A stretch of 63,110 bases of DNA, filler included, from Octopus bimaculoides (taxonomy: Eukaryota), in the NCBI RefSeq assembly GCF_001194135.2. It is 4 parts of 4 records of this genome, joined end to end, with 100 filler letters (N's around TTAATTAATTAA, not from the genome) between each part and the next. Parts side by side here need not be neighbours in the genome. Positions count along the whole stretch, not along the records: positions 1 to 10,606 come from NC_068991.1; positions 10,707 to 36,865 come from NC_068993.1; 2 more parts are not named here. One strand, 5' to 3'. The notes under the pieces are model-generated. The model was not told the origin of the DNA, did no database searches, and was given only the letters and a program-made list of their open reading frames with translations. Positions 1 through 12,810 of this stretch are shown here, piece after piece (within the stretch, counting starts at the first letter, position 1; the number at the start of each line of letters is the position of its first letter). The translations under genes and the position numbers were made by a program.

Positions 1-142
1 CTCTTATTCCTTTCTGTTGAAGAGCGAAGGCACGAAACATAAAAGACTTGATCACTTTCCCGAGCGTCAAACTAATACATCTACTTGTTGTTCATACACC
101 TATCTTCGTCCTTTCTTTTTCTGTAAATTTCAATTATATATA

Positions 143-312
143 AGCGCGGGAGTGACTATGTGGTAAGTAGCTTGGTTACTAACCACATGGTTCCAGGTTC
201 AGTCCCACTGTATGGAACCTTGGGCAGGTGTCTTCTACTATAGCCTCGGGCCCACCAAAGCCTTGTGAGTGGATTTAGTAGACGGAAACTGAAAGAAGCC
301 CATCGGATATAC

Positions 313-405
<93 letters not shown>
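143..405 (+). mobile_element. tRNA-derived SINE family A (5' half plus internal (TG)n)
   Basis: A-box and B-box-like head (tgtggtaag...ggttcagtccc) followed by the core tcgggcccaccaaagccttgtgagtggattt.gtagacggaaactgaaagaagccc, which recurs many times in the window. Confidence 0.85.
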
Positions 406-407
<2 letters not shown>

Positions 408-539
408 CCACATTTCTCAGAATGTACATCATGGGCCATTCCGATAAGGTAGTTATCCACCCCTGATTGGAACACTCCCATATGTGACTTGCTTCTACTT
501 CCGCGGACTACCGACTCACAGGCTGTATGACCGGTTAAT

Positions 540-788
540 GTGATGTCTCCGAAGAAATCGTGCAAATACTCTTGTATATGCAGCACTTATAGAGGGAAGA
601 ATGTAGACGCCCAAGTCATTTCACTTCATAGATATTCTGCAAACGTCGCTTTCCGTCATATTTGGCTTCAGAGATCGAGACTTATGAGGAAAGACTTTGT
701 TTATACTGCAAGGAGACAGATTTGTTCCCAGGATTTCGTGAATTCTAATGTTCCATCGAGAGATCACCCCTTGCCATCCGTTTATTAG
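540..788 (+). pseudogene. Degenerate THAP domain (transposase N-terminus) of the ISL2EU-type element
   Basis: SCKYSC...ISLHRY.....RHIW.....RKDF......ICSQDF...PLPSVY follows the THAP pattern C..C / SFHRFP / R..W / ICS.HF / PSIF, with the conserved P and H lost. Confidence 0.6.
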
Positions 789-965
789 ATAAACTTCAGA
801 GATGTGTGTATGTGACTGTGCATTTGTATTTGATAAATATGATAGGGATAAAAAGAAATATTCAAAATTAAGTCTCATTTATTTAATATTTATTGTTTTA
901 ATTATACATTTATTTACTTACATGAAAAATACAATTTGTTATACAAGGGAAAAAAGTAAAAATAA

Positions 966-1509
966 TTAAACAGGCTCTTTCCCTGCTGCGCTGTTGCAAT
1001 CAGCTGAATGCACATTGCCAGTAACCTTTGACATAATTACCCGCACTCTGTGATCGGGATTGTTCTTTCTGTTAGATATTAGTATTGACGTGATTACCAG
1101 ACACCGGACAATGCAGTGAGAGTAGTTTTCGGTAACATCGTGATATTCAATGCTGTGGACGTGTCTGTCATGGTAAAATATGCCACTCCTTAACTGTCGC
1201 TTTGCCTTCATCCGTAGCACGAGGTAGTTGTAAACGTCATTATCCGTAAAATTCGGCAACTCATGAAGATTTTTAGCCCAATCTGATTTCTTCACATAAG
1301 AATCAGGTAGATACAAGTTTCTGCTTATTCCGGTCTGAAGCACACTTCTCGTCTGTTGATTTTAATTCATTGACGTTCTTTATCGAAAGAATTTTAATAC
1401 CTTTTAACCTTTCAACCAAATCCGCCTTTTTTCCAGTAACATACTGTCCATGTAATCGCAAATAATTCTTTAATTCGAGCTGCTTAATATTCATGATATG
1501 ATGTGACAC
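966..1509 (-). pseudogene. Frameshifted SAP plus SWIM-type ORF (N-terminus of the second, YqaJ-type ISL2EU ORF)
   Basis: MNIKQLELKNYLRLHGQYVTGKKADLVERL is SAP-like. In another frame, W.KNL.ELPNFTDNDVYNYLV...HRVRVIMSKVTGNVHSADC(N)SAAGK resembles the pre-SWIM region (V.SAHC.C.AG). It is truncated there. Confidence 0.6.
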
Positions 1510-1611
1510 ACAACAACAATGGCGCGGGGAGTCCGCGGAAATACAATTGTCTGCACGGAGAGCTGCCTAGCCAAGGGAGATAATCTACTTATCGGAATGT
1601 CCTATAGAAGG

Positions 1612-1927
1612 TACTCCGTCGGTTACGACGGCAAGTGCTCCACTTGATCCTATCAGCGAACACCCTGCTCGTGAAATTAACATGCAAGTGGTTGAGCACT
1701 CCGCAGACAAGCGTTACTTTTAAAGTAGTTCTCATGGAGATTCAACGTGACACAGCAAGTTACAAGGTTGCCTCTTTGTGATACAGGTTAAACTCATTTT
1801 TGCCAGCTGAACTGAAGCAAAGCGAAATAACGCATCTCGCTTAAGGACACAATGCGCTGCCAAGTATCGAACTCACGACCTTACGATCGTGAACCAAATA
1901 TGCTAATCACTAAGCCACGTGCCTTCA
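1612..1927 (-). mobile_element. tRNA-headed SINE related to family B
   Basis: The reverse complement gives tggcttagtgatt (A box) and gagttcgatac (B box). The 3' part matches the family-B tail cttgcacgttaatttcacgagcagg...gacggagt. Confidence 0.75.
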
Positions 1928-2471
1928 CATACACACACACACACACATACACACACATATATATACATATATATATATATATACATACATACATACATAC
2001 ATACATATGTATGTATGTATATGTGTATATATATGTATTTATAAATGTGTGTGTATACATTCATACACATATACACACACACATATATGTATGTTTGTAT
2101 ATATGTATATAAATATGTATGTATGCATGTATGTTTGTATATAAACACATTTTATATCGTATAATGCTTGATAAATAATGTCAAAAACATATATAACAAT
2201 ATTGAAAGTTAAATACAAAGACAAAAAGTATGAGAGCGATCAGCTTATCCATAGATAGATGTCAGACAGACAGAAATAAGCAGCCCAATAGATAAGACAA
2301 ACGCACATATGCATAGAAATTACTTTATTGATAAATTCATTCACTGGATAGAATGGACACAAACACGTAAATTTTCTTTTTCCGTCTCTCTAGCTCCCTC
2401 TCGCTTTCATTCTTTCTTTCTTTCTTTCTCACTCTCTTCCTCCCACACACATTCCCATTCGCTATCATTCT

Positions 2472-2579
<108 letters not shown>

Positions 2580-3100
2580 TTATTAGACGCACATACATAC
2601 AAAACCTGCAATAAAATAATACAAATATAATCACATTCATCAGTAAACAAAGGAGTCAGACATAACATATATATATGTTNNNNNNNNNNNNNNNNNNNNN
2701 NNNNNNNNNNNNNNNNNNNNNNNNNNNNNNNNNNNNNNNNNNNNNNNNNNNNNNNNNNNNNNNNNNNNNNNNNNNNNNNNNNNNNNNNNNNNNNNNNNNN
2801 NNNNNNNNNNNNNNNNNNNNNNNNNNNNNNNNNNNNNNNNNNNNNNNNNNNNNNNNNNNNNNNNNNNNNNNNNNNNNNNNNNNNNNNNNNNNNNNNNNNN
2901 NNNNNNNNNNNNNNNNNNNNNNNNNNNNNNNNNNNNNNNNNNNNNNNNNNNNNNNNNNNNNNNNNNNNNNNNNNNNNNNNNNNNNNNNNNNNNNNNNNNN
3001 NNNNNNNNNNNNNNNNNNNNNNNNNNNNNNNNNNNNNNNNNNNNNNNNNNNNNNNNNNNNNNNNNNNNNNNNNNNNNNNNNNNNNNNNNNNNNNNNNNNN

Positions 3101-3138
<38 letters not shown>

Positions 3139-3399
3139 CGCGTGCGCATGAACAATATTGCTGAATTGAAAAATAATGGTTGGAAGTAAAATGAAAGAAG
3201 GGTGCAAAAAAATTCATTGCATCTTCTACACCCGTTTCCAAGTTCGCACAATCTACCCGGAGTGGTTATTGGGTATTATTAAGATACGAGGACAGAAAGC
3301 ATTGAGTAAGTAGAGACATTCGTTGCATCTTCAACAACACCTGTTTCTAAGTTCACACCAACCACATGAAACCTGCTGGTTATTAAGGAATAATTGGAC

Positions 3400-4030
3400 C
3401 TTCCGACACCATTGCTACAATATGCCATGCTATCAATCGTCAACACTGTTCTAGAACACGCACACAGTCACACATACATATATGTGAGCGTCGCGTAGTG
3501 TCAGACTAGTGGCAAACCACCGCCACTATCCATAGAAGATTGACTTGGTGCAACGGAAGAGCTACTGGGAGAACGGCTAAAAGAAGTGAAGCTCTACTCC
3601 CAAGAGAGAAGGTGTGAAAAATATGCAATGAAATTCATATGCAAAATCCTGGAAGGTCTAGCTTCCCAGCTTTGGGACTGAAAGCTATATCAACCATCGA
3701 ACTGGACGGCACTCCATAGTACCAAAGCTCCTGTCTTCTTCATCAAGAATAAGGACCCACTACTGTAGCAGGTTGGGTTTCAACTGTCTACAACTGTTCG
3801 AAATTCTGCCAAACAACGTCAGAAATTTGCGAGGTGTAGATGTGAAGGTCTTCAAAGAACTTCTGGCCAAATCTTTATCAGAAATACCAGATGAACCCAC
3901 ATCACAGCAGGGCGTGGCACAAAGAAGAGCAGTTCTGTCTAACTTGGTACTTCATCAGAAACAATACATAAAAAAAAAATTCAATGACACTGAAAGGTGG
4001 TGCCCAAGCATAGCCTTAATCTCTAGCTGA
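3400..4030 (+). mobile_element. 3' fragment of a CR1/L2-group non-LTR retrotransposon
   Basis: Frameshifted translation gives DLVQR..SYWE(RL)KEVKLYSQERR.EKY...ICKILEGL and QLFEILPNNVRNL...VFKELL...LSEIPDEP, typical of the post-RT C-terminus in this group. The boundaries are approximate. Confidence 0.65.
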
Positions 4031-4067
4031 AACATACCTATGCGTATGTGGTTGTGTGTGTATATGT

Positions 4068-4111
4068 ATTTTTCTAACATTTTTCTAACATTTTTCTAAC
4101 ATTTTTCTAAC
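4068..4111 (+). repeat. 11-bp tandem repeat (ATTTTTCTAAC)x4
   Basis: Read directly from the sequence. Confidence 0.9.
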
Positions 4112-4521
4112 ATAATTTAAATATATACTTTAACCATGTAACACAAGCCTTCTGTAGTTTTTTCACTCTTATTATCTTTTATACATCCAACNNNNNNNNN
4201 NNNNNNNNNNNNNNNNNNNNNNNNNNNNNNNNNNNNNNNNNNNNNNNNNNNNNNNNNNNNNNNNNNNNNNNNNNNNNNNNNNNNNNNNNNNNNNNNNNNN
4301 NNNNNNNNNNNNNNNNNNNNNNNNNNNNNNNNNNNNNNNNNNNNNNNNNNNNNNNNNNNNNNNNNNNNNNNNNNNNNNNNNNNNNNNNNNNNNNNNNNNN
4401 NNNNNNNNNNNNNNNNNNNNNNNNNNNNNNNNNNNNNNNNNNNNNNNNNNNNNNNNNNNNNNNNNNNNNNNNNNNNNNNNNNNNNNNNNNNNNNNNNNNN
4501 NNNNNNNNNNNNNNNNNNNNN

Positions 4522-4590
<69 letters not shown>

Positions 4591-4849
4591 TGTATGTATG
4601 TATGTATGTATACATATATATGGATGTGTATACAGACGCACACACTCAAATGCATACATTGTTTGCAACTATATTCATCGTTATTTACAGCCTCCCTCTC
4701 TCCCTCTCTCTACTCCACTTGCTACGACATTTATGCACTCCTTCATATTTCTCCTCTCTGTCAATCACTTACAGCATATTCAGAGAGCTACACAGTGTTT
4801 GATTTAAATAAAGGTCAAACCAAACACCCCTTGAACTTACACGCACGCA

Positions 4850-4900
<51 letters not shown>

Positions 4901-6503
4901 ACACACACACACACATGCACGCACGCACGCACACAAACTCATGTTATGCTATTTGTTTCGTTATATTGAGTTCGCCATTTTTGTTCTGTACTCCCTTCAT
5001 TTCTATTTATCTTTGTCTCGGATTAATTTGTACAATCTGAGGTCAGAATCGCTCGTGGCCTTATTCTTAATCTTTGGTCTAGATCTGGTTTGTGATCGAA
5101 AATCTCGACGACAAAATAACGATTGTTTATATTTTTTTTTTATTTGTCTATCAATGATTTATTTTATTTATTTATTTCTATTTGTTTCTTGTCCTTATCG
5201 TCTGCTGACATCTCTGTTGATTGCATGTGGTCGTAACGACTCACGACTGAACACTAACCCATCAAGATTTTTAGACAATATCAAACATTTTTGCCTGGAA
5301 AGCACTCTGTTTACTCCCCACCTTTTTTTTTTTTGCCTCTTTACTGTTTATTAGTTTATTATTTTGTTTTTAAATTTTCTTTTTAGATCGTATCGCCCAT
5401 GTATGTTATTTCTCGGGGTGCATTCATATTCTATCCACTGCCTAATCTATCAACATGAGTCTAAATTATACATTACACTGAAGCCTCAGAATTACGTTTA
5501 ACGACTAACATTTAAGCTAGAAAGTGTATACGTTTTAGATAAAATTAACCACATATGCCTATCACTATGAGATAATATCCTATACTTACGTCTGGAACAA
5601 TGTCAAATCAATGTCTACCAATAATAGTTTTAGATATTTACGACTATAAGTTGTAAATATGTATATAATTTAGCAGACTGACAATAGACTTGAATATACT
5701 TCGCTAAGAAGGTCTTATAAAGATGGAAACATGTTCTTTGTCCTCATCTGTCGGCTTTAACGTCCATTATCTACACCAATCTATATTCTCTATATTGTTC
5801 AAATATTTCGTTAAACTACTTTTATTGAAGTTATTTCCTTTAGTTATTTTTAGATTTTCGACGACTTGATAGTTTTTTTAAATTCTACATTCTAATGAAG
5901 AAGCTTTCTATCTTTGTTAGAAACCAAAAAACTTCAAAACAATAGTAGAAGAGAATATACATCCATACATATTTTGTTTTCATCTTTTGAATTCTTCATC
6001 TAAAGAAGTGATGTAGCTTTATTTCTGATACAAAGAAACTAAGTACCATCGCATCGGAATGTAGATAGCAACAGCGGTAAAGATTTACATGTTGAATTTT
6101 AGAAACAAACCTTGTATATTTTCACTACTTTGCTTATAGATTGAATTTGCAAATGGCACGTTTGAAGATCACTTCCTTTACCTAGTAACGCCAGTTTTTG
6201 GAAATGACCACATAAATACTTTGAAACGTGATCAAGCACACCAATAACAACAACAATAGGTGCAAATGTGAATTTATAATCTTGGTAAAGAAACAGTAGG
6301 CTTTGAAGGCGTTCTCTTTTTACTGGTTTTGAGAAAAAAAAAGATGTTCATATCCGTTTGTCAACTAACCTTTAAAGCAACCAATTAAAATCTGTAATCA
6401 AGGTAGTCCGTAGGTGAACAGTATGAAACAAAACTTCCTCACTCTGCATTACCCGTTCATCTAACAACCTCAGTTTATTTAGCATTTCCCCCCGTTCAAT
6501 CCC

Positions 6504-6719
6504 TTAACCTTTTAGCATTCAAATGTAATGCTTATTTAATTCACATTGATTGGAATTAGTCATGCATTGCTTTGTAGCTTTGAGATTTCGATGACATGAT
6601 TGTTTATTTCTGAAATAATATTGCAAGGTAAGTATGAGAGGCCACATCTGGTCAGTTCGAAGATAAAACAAGTAGATTATTTTAGCCAGATATGGCCGGT
6701 TTAAATGCTAAAGGGTTAA
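6504..6719. mobile_element. piggyBac-type MITE
   Basis: ttaa|ccttttagcatt ... aatgctaaaggg|ttaa: TIRs with TTAA on both flanks and no coding capacity. Confidence 0.8.
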
Positions 6720-6940
6720 TATTGCTCAACCGCCTCTGTGCAATCTTTAACACTACATTGTTGTCTCCTTCCGTTTCAGACAACTATAACAGACCTAATA
6801 TTCATATGCATTTGACAAAGGTCTTGAGGCAATGCTTCCAACAATATCCCTCTCATTGTTCTATCGCAAGTATTCAACAACAGAAACATATTTTATAGAA
6901 GAGCCTTTGCGCTCGAAATATTTTCTTTTAATTTTCTTTT

Positions 6941-7137
6941 ATTTGTTTCAGTTGTTTGACTGCGGCCTTGCTGGAGCACCTTCTTGAACCAATCGACACC
7001 AGGACTTATTTTTCAAGCCTAGTACTAATTCTATCGGTCTCTTTTACCGAACTGCCAGATTACTGAGAAGCAAACACACCAACACCAGTTCTCAAGCAGT
7101 GATGTGTGAGGGGAGGGGACAAACACAGCCACAAAGA

Positions 7138-7201
<64 letters not shown>
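6941..7201 (-). mobile_element. SINE family A, 3' half
   Basis: Matches the reverse complement of cttgacaacc...cggttcggcaaaagagaccgatagaataagtact...gctccagcatggccgcagtc. Confidence 0.8.
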
Positions 7202-8499
7202 NNNNNNNNNNNNNNNNNNNNNNNNNNNNNNNNNNNNNNNNNNNNNNNNNNNNNNNNNNNNNNNNNNNNNNNNNNNNNNNNNNNNNNNNNNNNNNNNNNN
7301 NNNNNNNNNNNNNNNNNNNNNNNNNNNNNNNNNNNNNNNNNNNNNNNNNNNNNNNNNNNNNNNNNNNNNNNNNNNNNNNNNNNNNNNNNNNNNNNNNNNN
7401 NNNNNNNNNNNNNNNNNNNNNNNNNNNNNNNNNNNNNNNNNNNNNNNNNNNNNNNNNNNNNNNNNNNNNNNNNNNNNNNNNNNNNNNNNNNNNNNNNNNN
7501 NNNNNNNNNNNNNNNNNNNNNNNNNNNNNNNNNNNNNNNNNNNNNNNNNNNNNNNNNNNNNNNNNNNNNNNNNNNNNNNNNNNNNNNNNNNNNNNNNNNN
7601 NNNNNNNNNNNNNNNNNNNNNNNNNNNNNNNNNNNNNNNNNNNNNNNNNNNNNNNNNNNNNNNNNNNNNNNNNNNNNNNNNNNNNNNNNNNNNNNNNNNN
7701 NNNNNNNNNNNNNNNNNNNNNNNNNNNNNNNNNNNNNNNNNNNNNNNNNNNNNNNNNNNNNNNNNNNNNNNNNNNNNNNNNNNNNNNNNNNNNNNNNNNN
7801 NNNNNNNNNNNNNNNNNNNNNNNNNNNNNNNNNNNNNNNNNNNNNNNNNNNNNNNNNNNNNNNNNNNNNNNNNNNNNNNNNNNNNNAGTTTACATATACT
7901 GAGAGTGCGCATGTATCTTACTTATAATTAGCCGTTTTGTAAATTCAGATAGATAATCGTATACAGAATGATGTATGCTAAACAATTCTCAATGTACTGA
8001 AATTTGCTTAAGTAAAGAAACAAAACGTAAAAAGAAGAAAGAAGGCATAAAAATAAAATAGCAGTGGTTTCAAGTAATTTTCAAAGAAAAGAGACATAAA
8101 ACTTGAAGAAATTATGATTTATTTTCAGGGGAAATTTTTTTTATTTCCAGAATAATAGGTTGTAAAATCAACAAAATAATGGGTTAATAGGGCCAAGTTT
8201 TATTTGTGAAATACGATTGGTTTGAATGTGCTGTTGCCAGTGGTTTATGTTTGCGGTGGTGAGTGGGGATAGGGGACGCTTGGAATGTGGTGTGAGTACC
8301 AAGGGGACGGCAGTTCGAAAAAGTTTGGGAACTATTGAGTTACACCGTGTTAAAGTTTACATCACAGAGGTTCTGTTACCTCAGTCAGTCAAATTTTTAT
8401 CACATTTGTAAATACTTAGTTTTACTAACTCACTAGCATTTATCTTTATAGATGCAACTAAATATTAAAGATTTACTCACCAACTCACAACAAACTCTG

Positions 8500-9379
8500 A
8501 GAGTTCCACTCTCTTTCTTTCTTTTTCTCCCTTTCTTTCTCTCTCGTCTCTTTATCTTTCTATCTTTCTGTTTCTATCTTTCGTTCTCTATCTTTTTCTC
8601 CATCTTTCTCTCTATCTCTCTCCGTCTTTCTTTCTGCCCGTCTCTATCTGTGACTTTATCTCCCTCTCTCTCTCTCCATTTATTTTTCTTTCTTTTCTTC
8701 TCTCTCTCTCTTTATCTATCTATCTATCTTTTATCTAGCTATCTATATGTCTATCTGTCTTTTATCTAGCTATCTCTATCTCTATCTGTCTTTCTTTCTG
8801 TATCTCTCTCTGATTTTCTATCTGCCTCGCTTGCCCTCTCTCTCTATCTCTCTCTGTCTCTCACTGTCTCTCTCTCTGTGACTTTCTTTTTCTCTCTTTT
8901 CTATCACTCTCTACTTATATATCCATTTCTCTCTGTCTCTAGCTACATTTCTTTCTCACTGTCTATCTATCTTCCTCTCTGTCCCCCTGTTTCTCTCTTT
9001 CTCTCTGTTTCTCTCTCTCTCTCTCTCTCTCTCCCTCCCTCTGCTTTTCTCAATGTCTCTCTGTCTCACTCTGTGTTTTCCTTCTTTGTCTTTCTCTGTG
9101 TCTCTCTCTTTCTCTTTCTCTATCTGTCTTCCTCCCCTTTTCTCTTCCTCTATATTTATCTATCTATTTCTCTCTTTCTCTATCACTCTCTTTCTCTCTC
9201 TCTTTCTTATCAAACTCTCTCCCTCTGTCTCTCTCTCTTTCTCTTTCTCTCTCCCTCGATCTGTGTTTTTTTTTTCTGTTTCTTTCGCTTTCTCTCTCTC
9301 CCCATACTTTTCCCTCTGTCTTTCTCTCTTTCTCTTTCTTCGTCCTTCTCCTGCCTTTCTCTTTGTCCCTATCTTTCTT

Positions 9380-9438
<59 letters not shown>

Positions 9439-9500
9439 CTATCTCTATCTATCTTTATTTATCTATCTATCTCTGTCTATCTATCTATCCAGTATATCTC
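8500..9500 (+). repeat. About 1 kb of degenerate (TC)n/(TCTA)n polypyrimidine tract
   Basis: The + strand is almost entirely C and T. Confidence 0.9.
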
Positions 9501-9971
9501 TACTACAATTGACAGTATCTCTCTGAACAATTTAGTTGTAAACTCTTTCCACTCACAGACATCTACCATAACACAAACTGTCCTTCCTCCTATCCTTTCC
9601 TCTTGTTCTATCTTTTCCCAGACCCTGCACTAAGGACTATCTCTAATCCTCCCTTCCAAGAATCACAATCCTTTGGAATTCCCTTTCCCGTCAAAAATTT
9701 CTTTCTTCAGAAGGCGACTTACAGATGTTGAAGCTAAATGTAACCCTTCTTGACATCTTCAATCTCGAAGTTTTCAGAGGGTCATCAGCACAACCATGTT
9801 CCCACTAAGCTCCCGTAAAAAAAATGCTGTCATGCTAATACTGCCGAGAAGGGCTGTGCACATCTATGAGTTGACCCCTAACAAATGTCTGGCTTTCTGC
9901 TTAATCATAGAAATTATTAATAAAGTATTGGCTAGATTGGCATGAAGCAGTTGTCAGAAATATACAAAGGC

Positions 9972-10005
<34 letters not shown>

Positions 10006-10092
10006 TAATGTATGTATATATATACATACATACATTAATACATAAATAAGTATATACATACATAAATATATACATACATATATACATACATA

Positions 10093-10140
<48 letters not shown>

Positions 10141-10148
10141 TAAATATG

Positions 10149-10195
<47 letters not shown>

Positions 10196-10357
10196 AATAA
10201 ATATGTATATACACTTATATGTATGCATATATACAAACATATATATATGTACATATGTATATATATTCACAAAAATATGTATGCATATATACAAACATAT
10301 ATATATATGTACATATATATATATATGTACATATGTATATATATTCATAAAAATATG

Positions 10358-10395
<38 letters not shown>

Positions 10396-10850
10396 ACACG
10401 TAGAAAGATTAATTTTATTCAACTGTACAATATATATATAAATCATAAGTACTGTTCAGTATCTACGCGTTGAATAAAATTTATCTTTCTACTTGTTCTA
10501 CAATACATTTCAAAGCTTCCAAAACAAACTTGCTTGTTTACATACGACGTAATATATATATACTAATATATACTTTTGTTATTTACACCACCTGTCCTCG
10601 TCTGTTNNNNNNNNNNNNNNNNNNNNNNNNNNNNNNNNNNNNNNNNNNNNTTAATTAATTAANNNNNNNNNNNNNNNNNNNNNNNNNNNNNNNNNNNNNN
10701 NNNNNNAAGTTCGCTTCTAGTGCAAAGCATCATGGAACAAGGGTTTTTTTTTTTTTTTGATGAGCACACAACACACATGCGCATTCTGTGTTCTCTGCTT
10801 CTCGTAGCAGAAACAGCTGTGTCTTCAGGCAAGTTGTGACTCTTGCCCAC

Positions 10851-11133
10851 GGGCATATGGCGTAGTGGTTAAGAGCGCGGGCTACTCATCCCAAGATTCC
10901 GAGTTCGATTCCAGGCAGTGACTTGAATAGTAATAATAATAATGATAATAATAATAATAATATCGAAAAATACCTCAGGAATGAGAAATTTCCCCAAGAC
11001 ACCTGATGAAGGCTGGAAAGTACATCAGCCGAAACATTGTGCTAACAACAAACAAGATGAGGACAAATATCCATCAAATGTAAATAATGTAAATAATTCC
11101 TCATCTCTCAAATATAGAACTGTATTATCTAAT
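10851..11133 (+). mobile_element. tRNA-headed repeat with (AAT)n spacer and a hammerhead-containing tail
   Basis: A box tggcgtagtgg and B box gagttcgattcc, then (AAT)n, then a tail that recurs at 39445-39620 (-) and 46789-46915 (+). Confidence 0.75.
10998..11043 (+). ncRNA. Minimal type I hammerhead ribozyme motif (slightly decayed)
   Basis: gacac CTGATGA a ggctg-loop-cagcc GAAAC ATT gtgct. The sister copy at 46789 reads GAAAC GTT gtgtt, which restores helices I and III. Confidence 0.6.
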
Positions 11134-11139
11134 GGGTAC

Positions 11140-11298
11140 AGAGCCGACATTAGACTTCAGTGGAGACATATAGAGAAACTCCATCAAAAACTAGCTCGTC
11201 TTTCAAACCATCTAACTTTCTTGTGTAGATGTAGAGACTCAAAGCTAATACCACCTGGCTTGAATATAATGACTCCAGTGGATTCATATAAAGCTTGA
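11140..11298 (+). mobile_element. Penelope-like element ORF N-terminal fragment
   Basis: HIEKLHQKLARLSNHLTFLCRCRDSKLIPPGLNIMTPVDSYKA matches the Poseidon/Penelope N-terminal pattern K.AR..NHL.FL.RCR...LIP.GL. Confidence 0.6.
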
Positions 11299-12043
11299 AG
11301 TAGTGACTCTTGCCTAAAGACCCTTTTCGGCCACAGATTAAGGTCAGAGTCCCCGGAGACTGACTCAGCCAAAATAAAATGTATTATTGATCTGAAATAT
11401 GATACCCAGTGCATTTTCACTCCAACACTCTTCACTAAACGGATCTGTATGTATGTATGTATGTACTACGTATGTGTGTACGTAGGAATATATGTATCTA
11501 TAAATATATATATATTGATATATGTATGTATTTATATGTATACACTATGTATTTATATGAAAATGTCTACATATGTTGATATATGTATAGATGTGTGTGT
11601 GTGTGTGTGTGTGTGTAAAAAGCATATCTCATTTGAATATATATATATAAATCTTCCAATTTTTATGAGAGACAGCTGAGACAAGGTACATAGAGTTTAT
11701 ATATAAACTTCATCCAATTATATAAACTGCGATATTTATAAATACAATGCGTTTAGTACCCGAAACCCCACCTGCCTTGGGGCGTTACAAAGCACGCTTA
11801 CTCCCTTACACAAGTACACACACACACACACACACGCACACACGTTCTCTTTCTCTTCCTTCACATCCTGCTTATCGTTCTTGGGTGTCGCTCCAGGTAG
11901 CCTTGCACCCACTTAACACCATGTTACACACATACACACATACAGAATAGCGCATACACGTGTTTGTTCGACTAACGGTGGAGCTTCAGCATGGCCGCAG
12001 TTAAGTGACTAAGACAAGCAAAAGAATAAAAAAACAAGAAAGA

Positions 12044-12079
<36 letters not shown>

Positions 12080-12089
12080 NNNNNNNNNN

Positions 12090-12122
<33 letters not shown>

Positions 12123-12611
12123 TGTGCGTGTGTGTGTGTGTGTGTGTGTTTTCAAAATGGAGGCGAACGCTTTTCTCCATGTGATCGACTTAGAGAATTA
12201 AAACGTTAGGATATTTTCTTACTTTTCATAGCATGAAACCAATGGTAGCCTTAATTCATAAATAAAGAAATTACATATCCACCAATACGGTGTTGAGCAC
12301 TCGTTTCATTGTTCGACATTTGCGTGCGTATACACACACAAACACACACACACACATATTTGTCTTTATCATATGTATAGTACAGACATAAATACACACA
12401 CACACACACATATTGTCTAATGTATGTACGTACAGCACAGACAAATATAACTCACACACACACACACACACACCAAACTTACCCAGGCGACATTCTCACG
12501 CCTCCCAACCCTACCCGCTAATCTGTACCCACCCCATTCCTGTCACCAAGAATTATTCCCACTCTCCGCGTCGCTGCCGCCAGCACCACAATGTCAGTGC
12601 TGCTGCTACCG

Positions 12612-12647
<36 letters not shown>

Positions 12648-12779
12648 CTCCTGCTACTACTATTACTACTATTACTACTATAATCAACCGCACCACCCGA
12701 ACCATCGTTAGAAATGCGCAATCACCACCCTGCATTAACGTCGCCGCCACCGCCAGCACCACCTGCTGCTGCTGCTGCG

Positions 12780-12810
<31 letters not shown>

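Larger units (their letters stand above)
433..1603. mobile_element. Non-autonomous ISL2EU-type (PIF/Harbinger-related) DNA transposon, internal deletion derivative
   Basis: Imperfect TIRs gggccattccgataaggtagttatc (433) and gataatctacttatcggaatgtcct (to 1603), with AT on both flanks (431-432, 1604-1605). Inside are a degenerate THAP domain on + and SAP plus SWIM-type sequence on -. Confidence 0.75.

Noticed and set aside
5387-5400. Possible 14-bp micro-exon (ttttag|atcgtatcgcccat|gtatgt) for paralog A
   Set aside because: The splice signals are plausible, but the length and peptide do not match the DDC GLITDYR micro-exon. Chance occurrence is likely.
10651-10662. TTAATTAATTAA islands inside N runs (also 36910-36921 and 47380-47391)
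   Set aside because: An identical 12-mer with stops in all six frames, flanked by N on both sides, is an assembly gap spacer rather than biology.
10851-10920. tRNA-like sequences (also 29542-29610 and 46131-46225)
   Set aside because: They have A and B boxes but no complete cloverleaf and run straight into repeat bodies, so they are SINE heads rather than tRNA genes.
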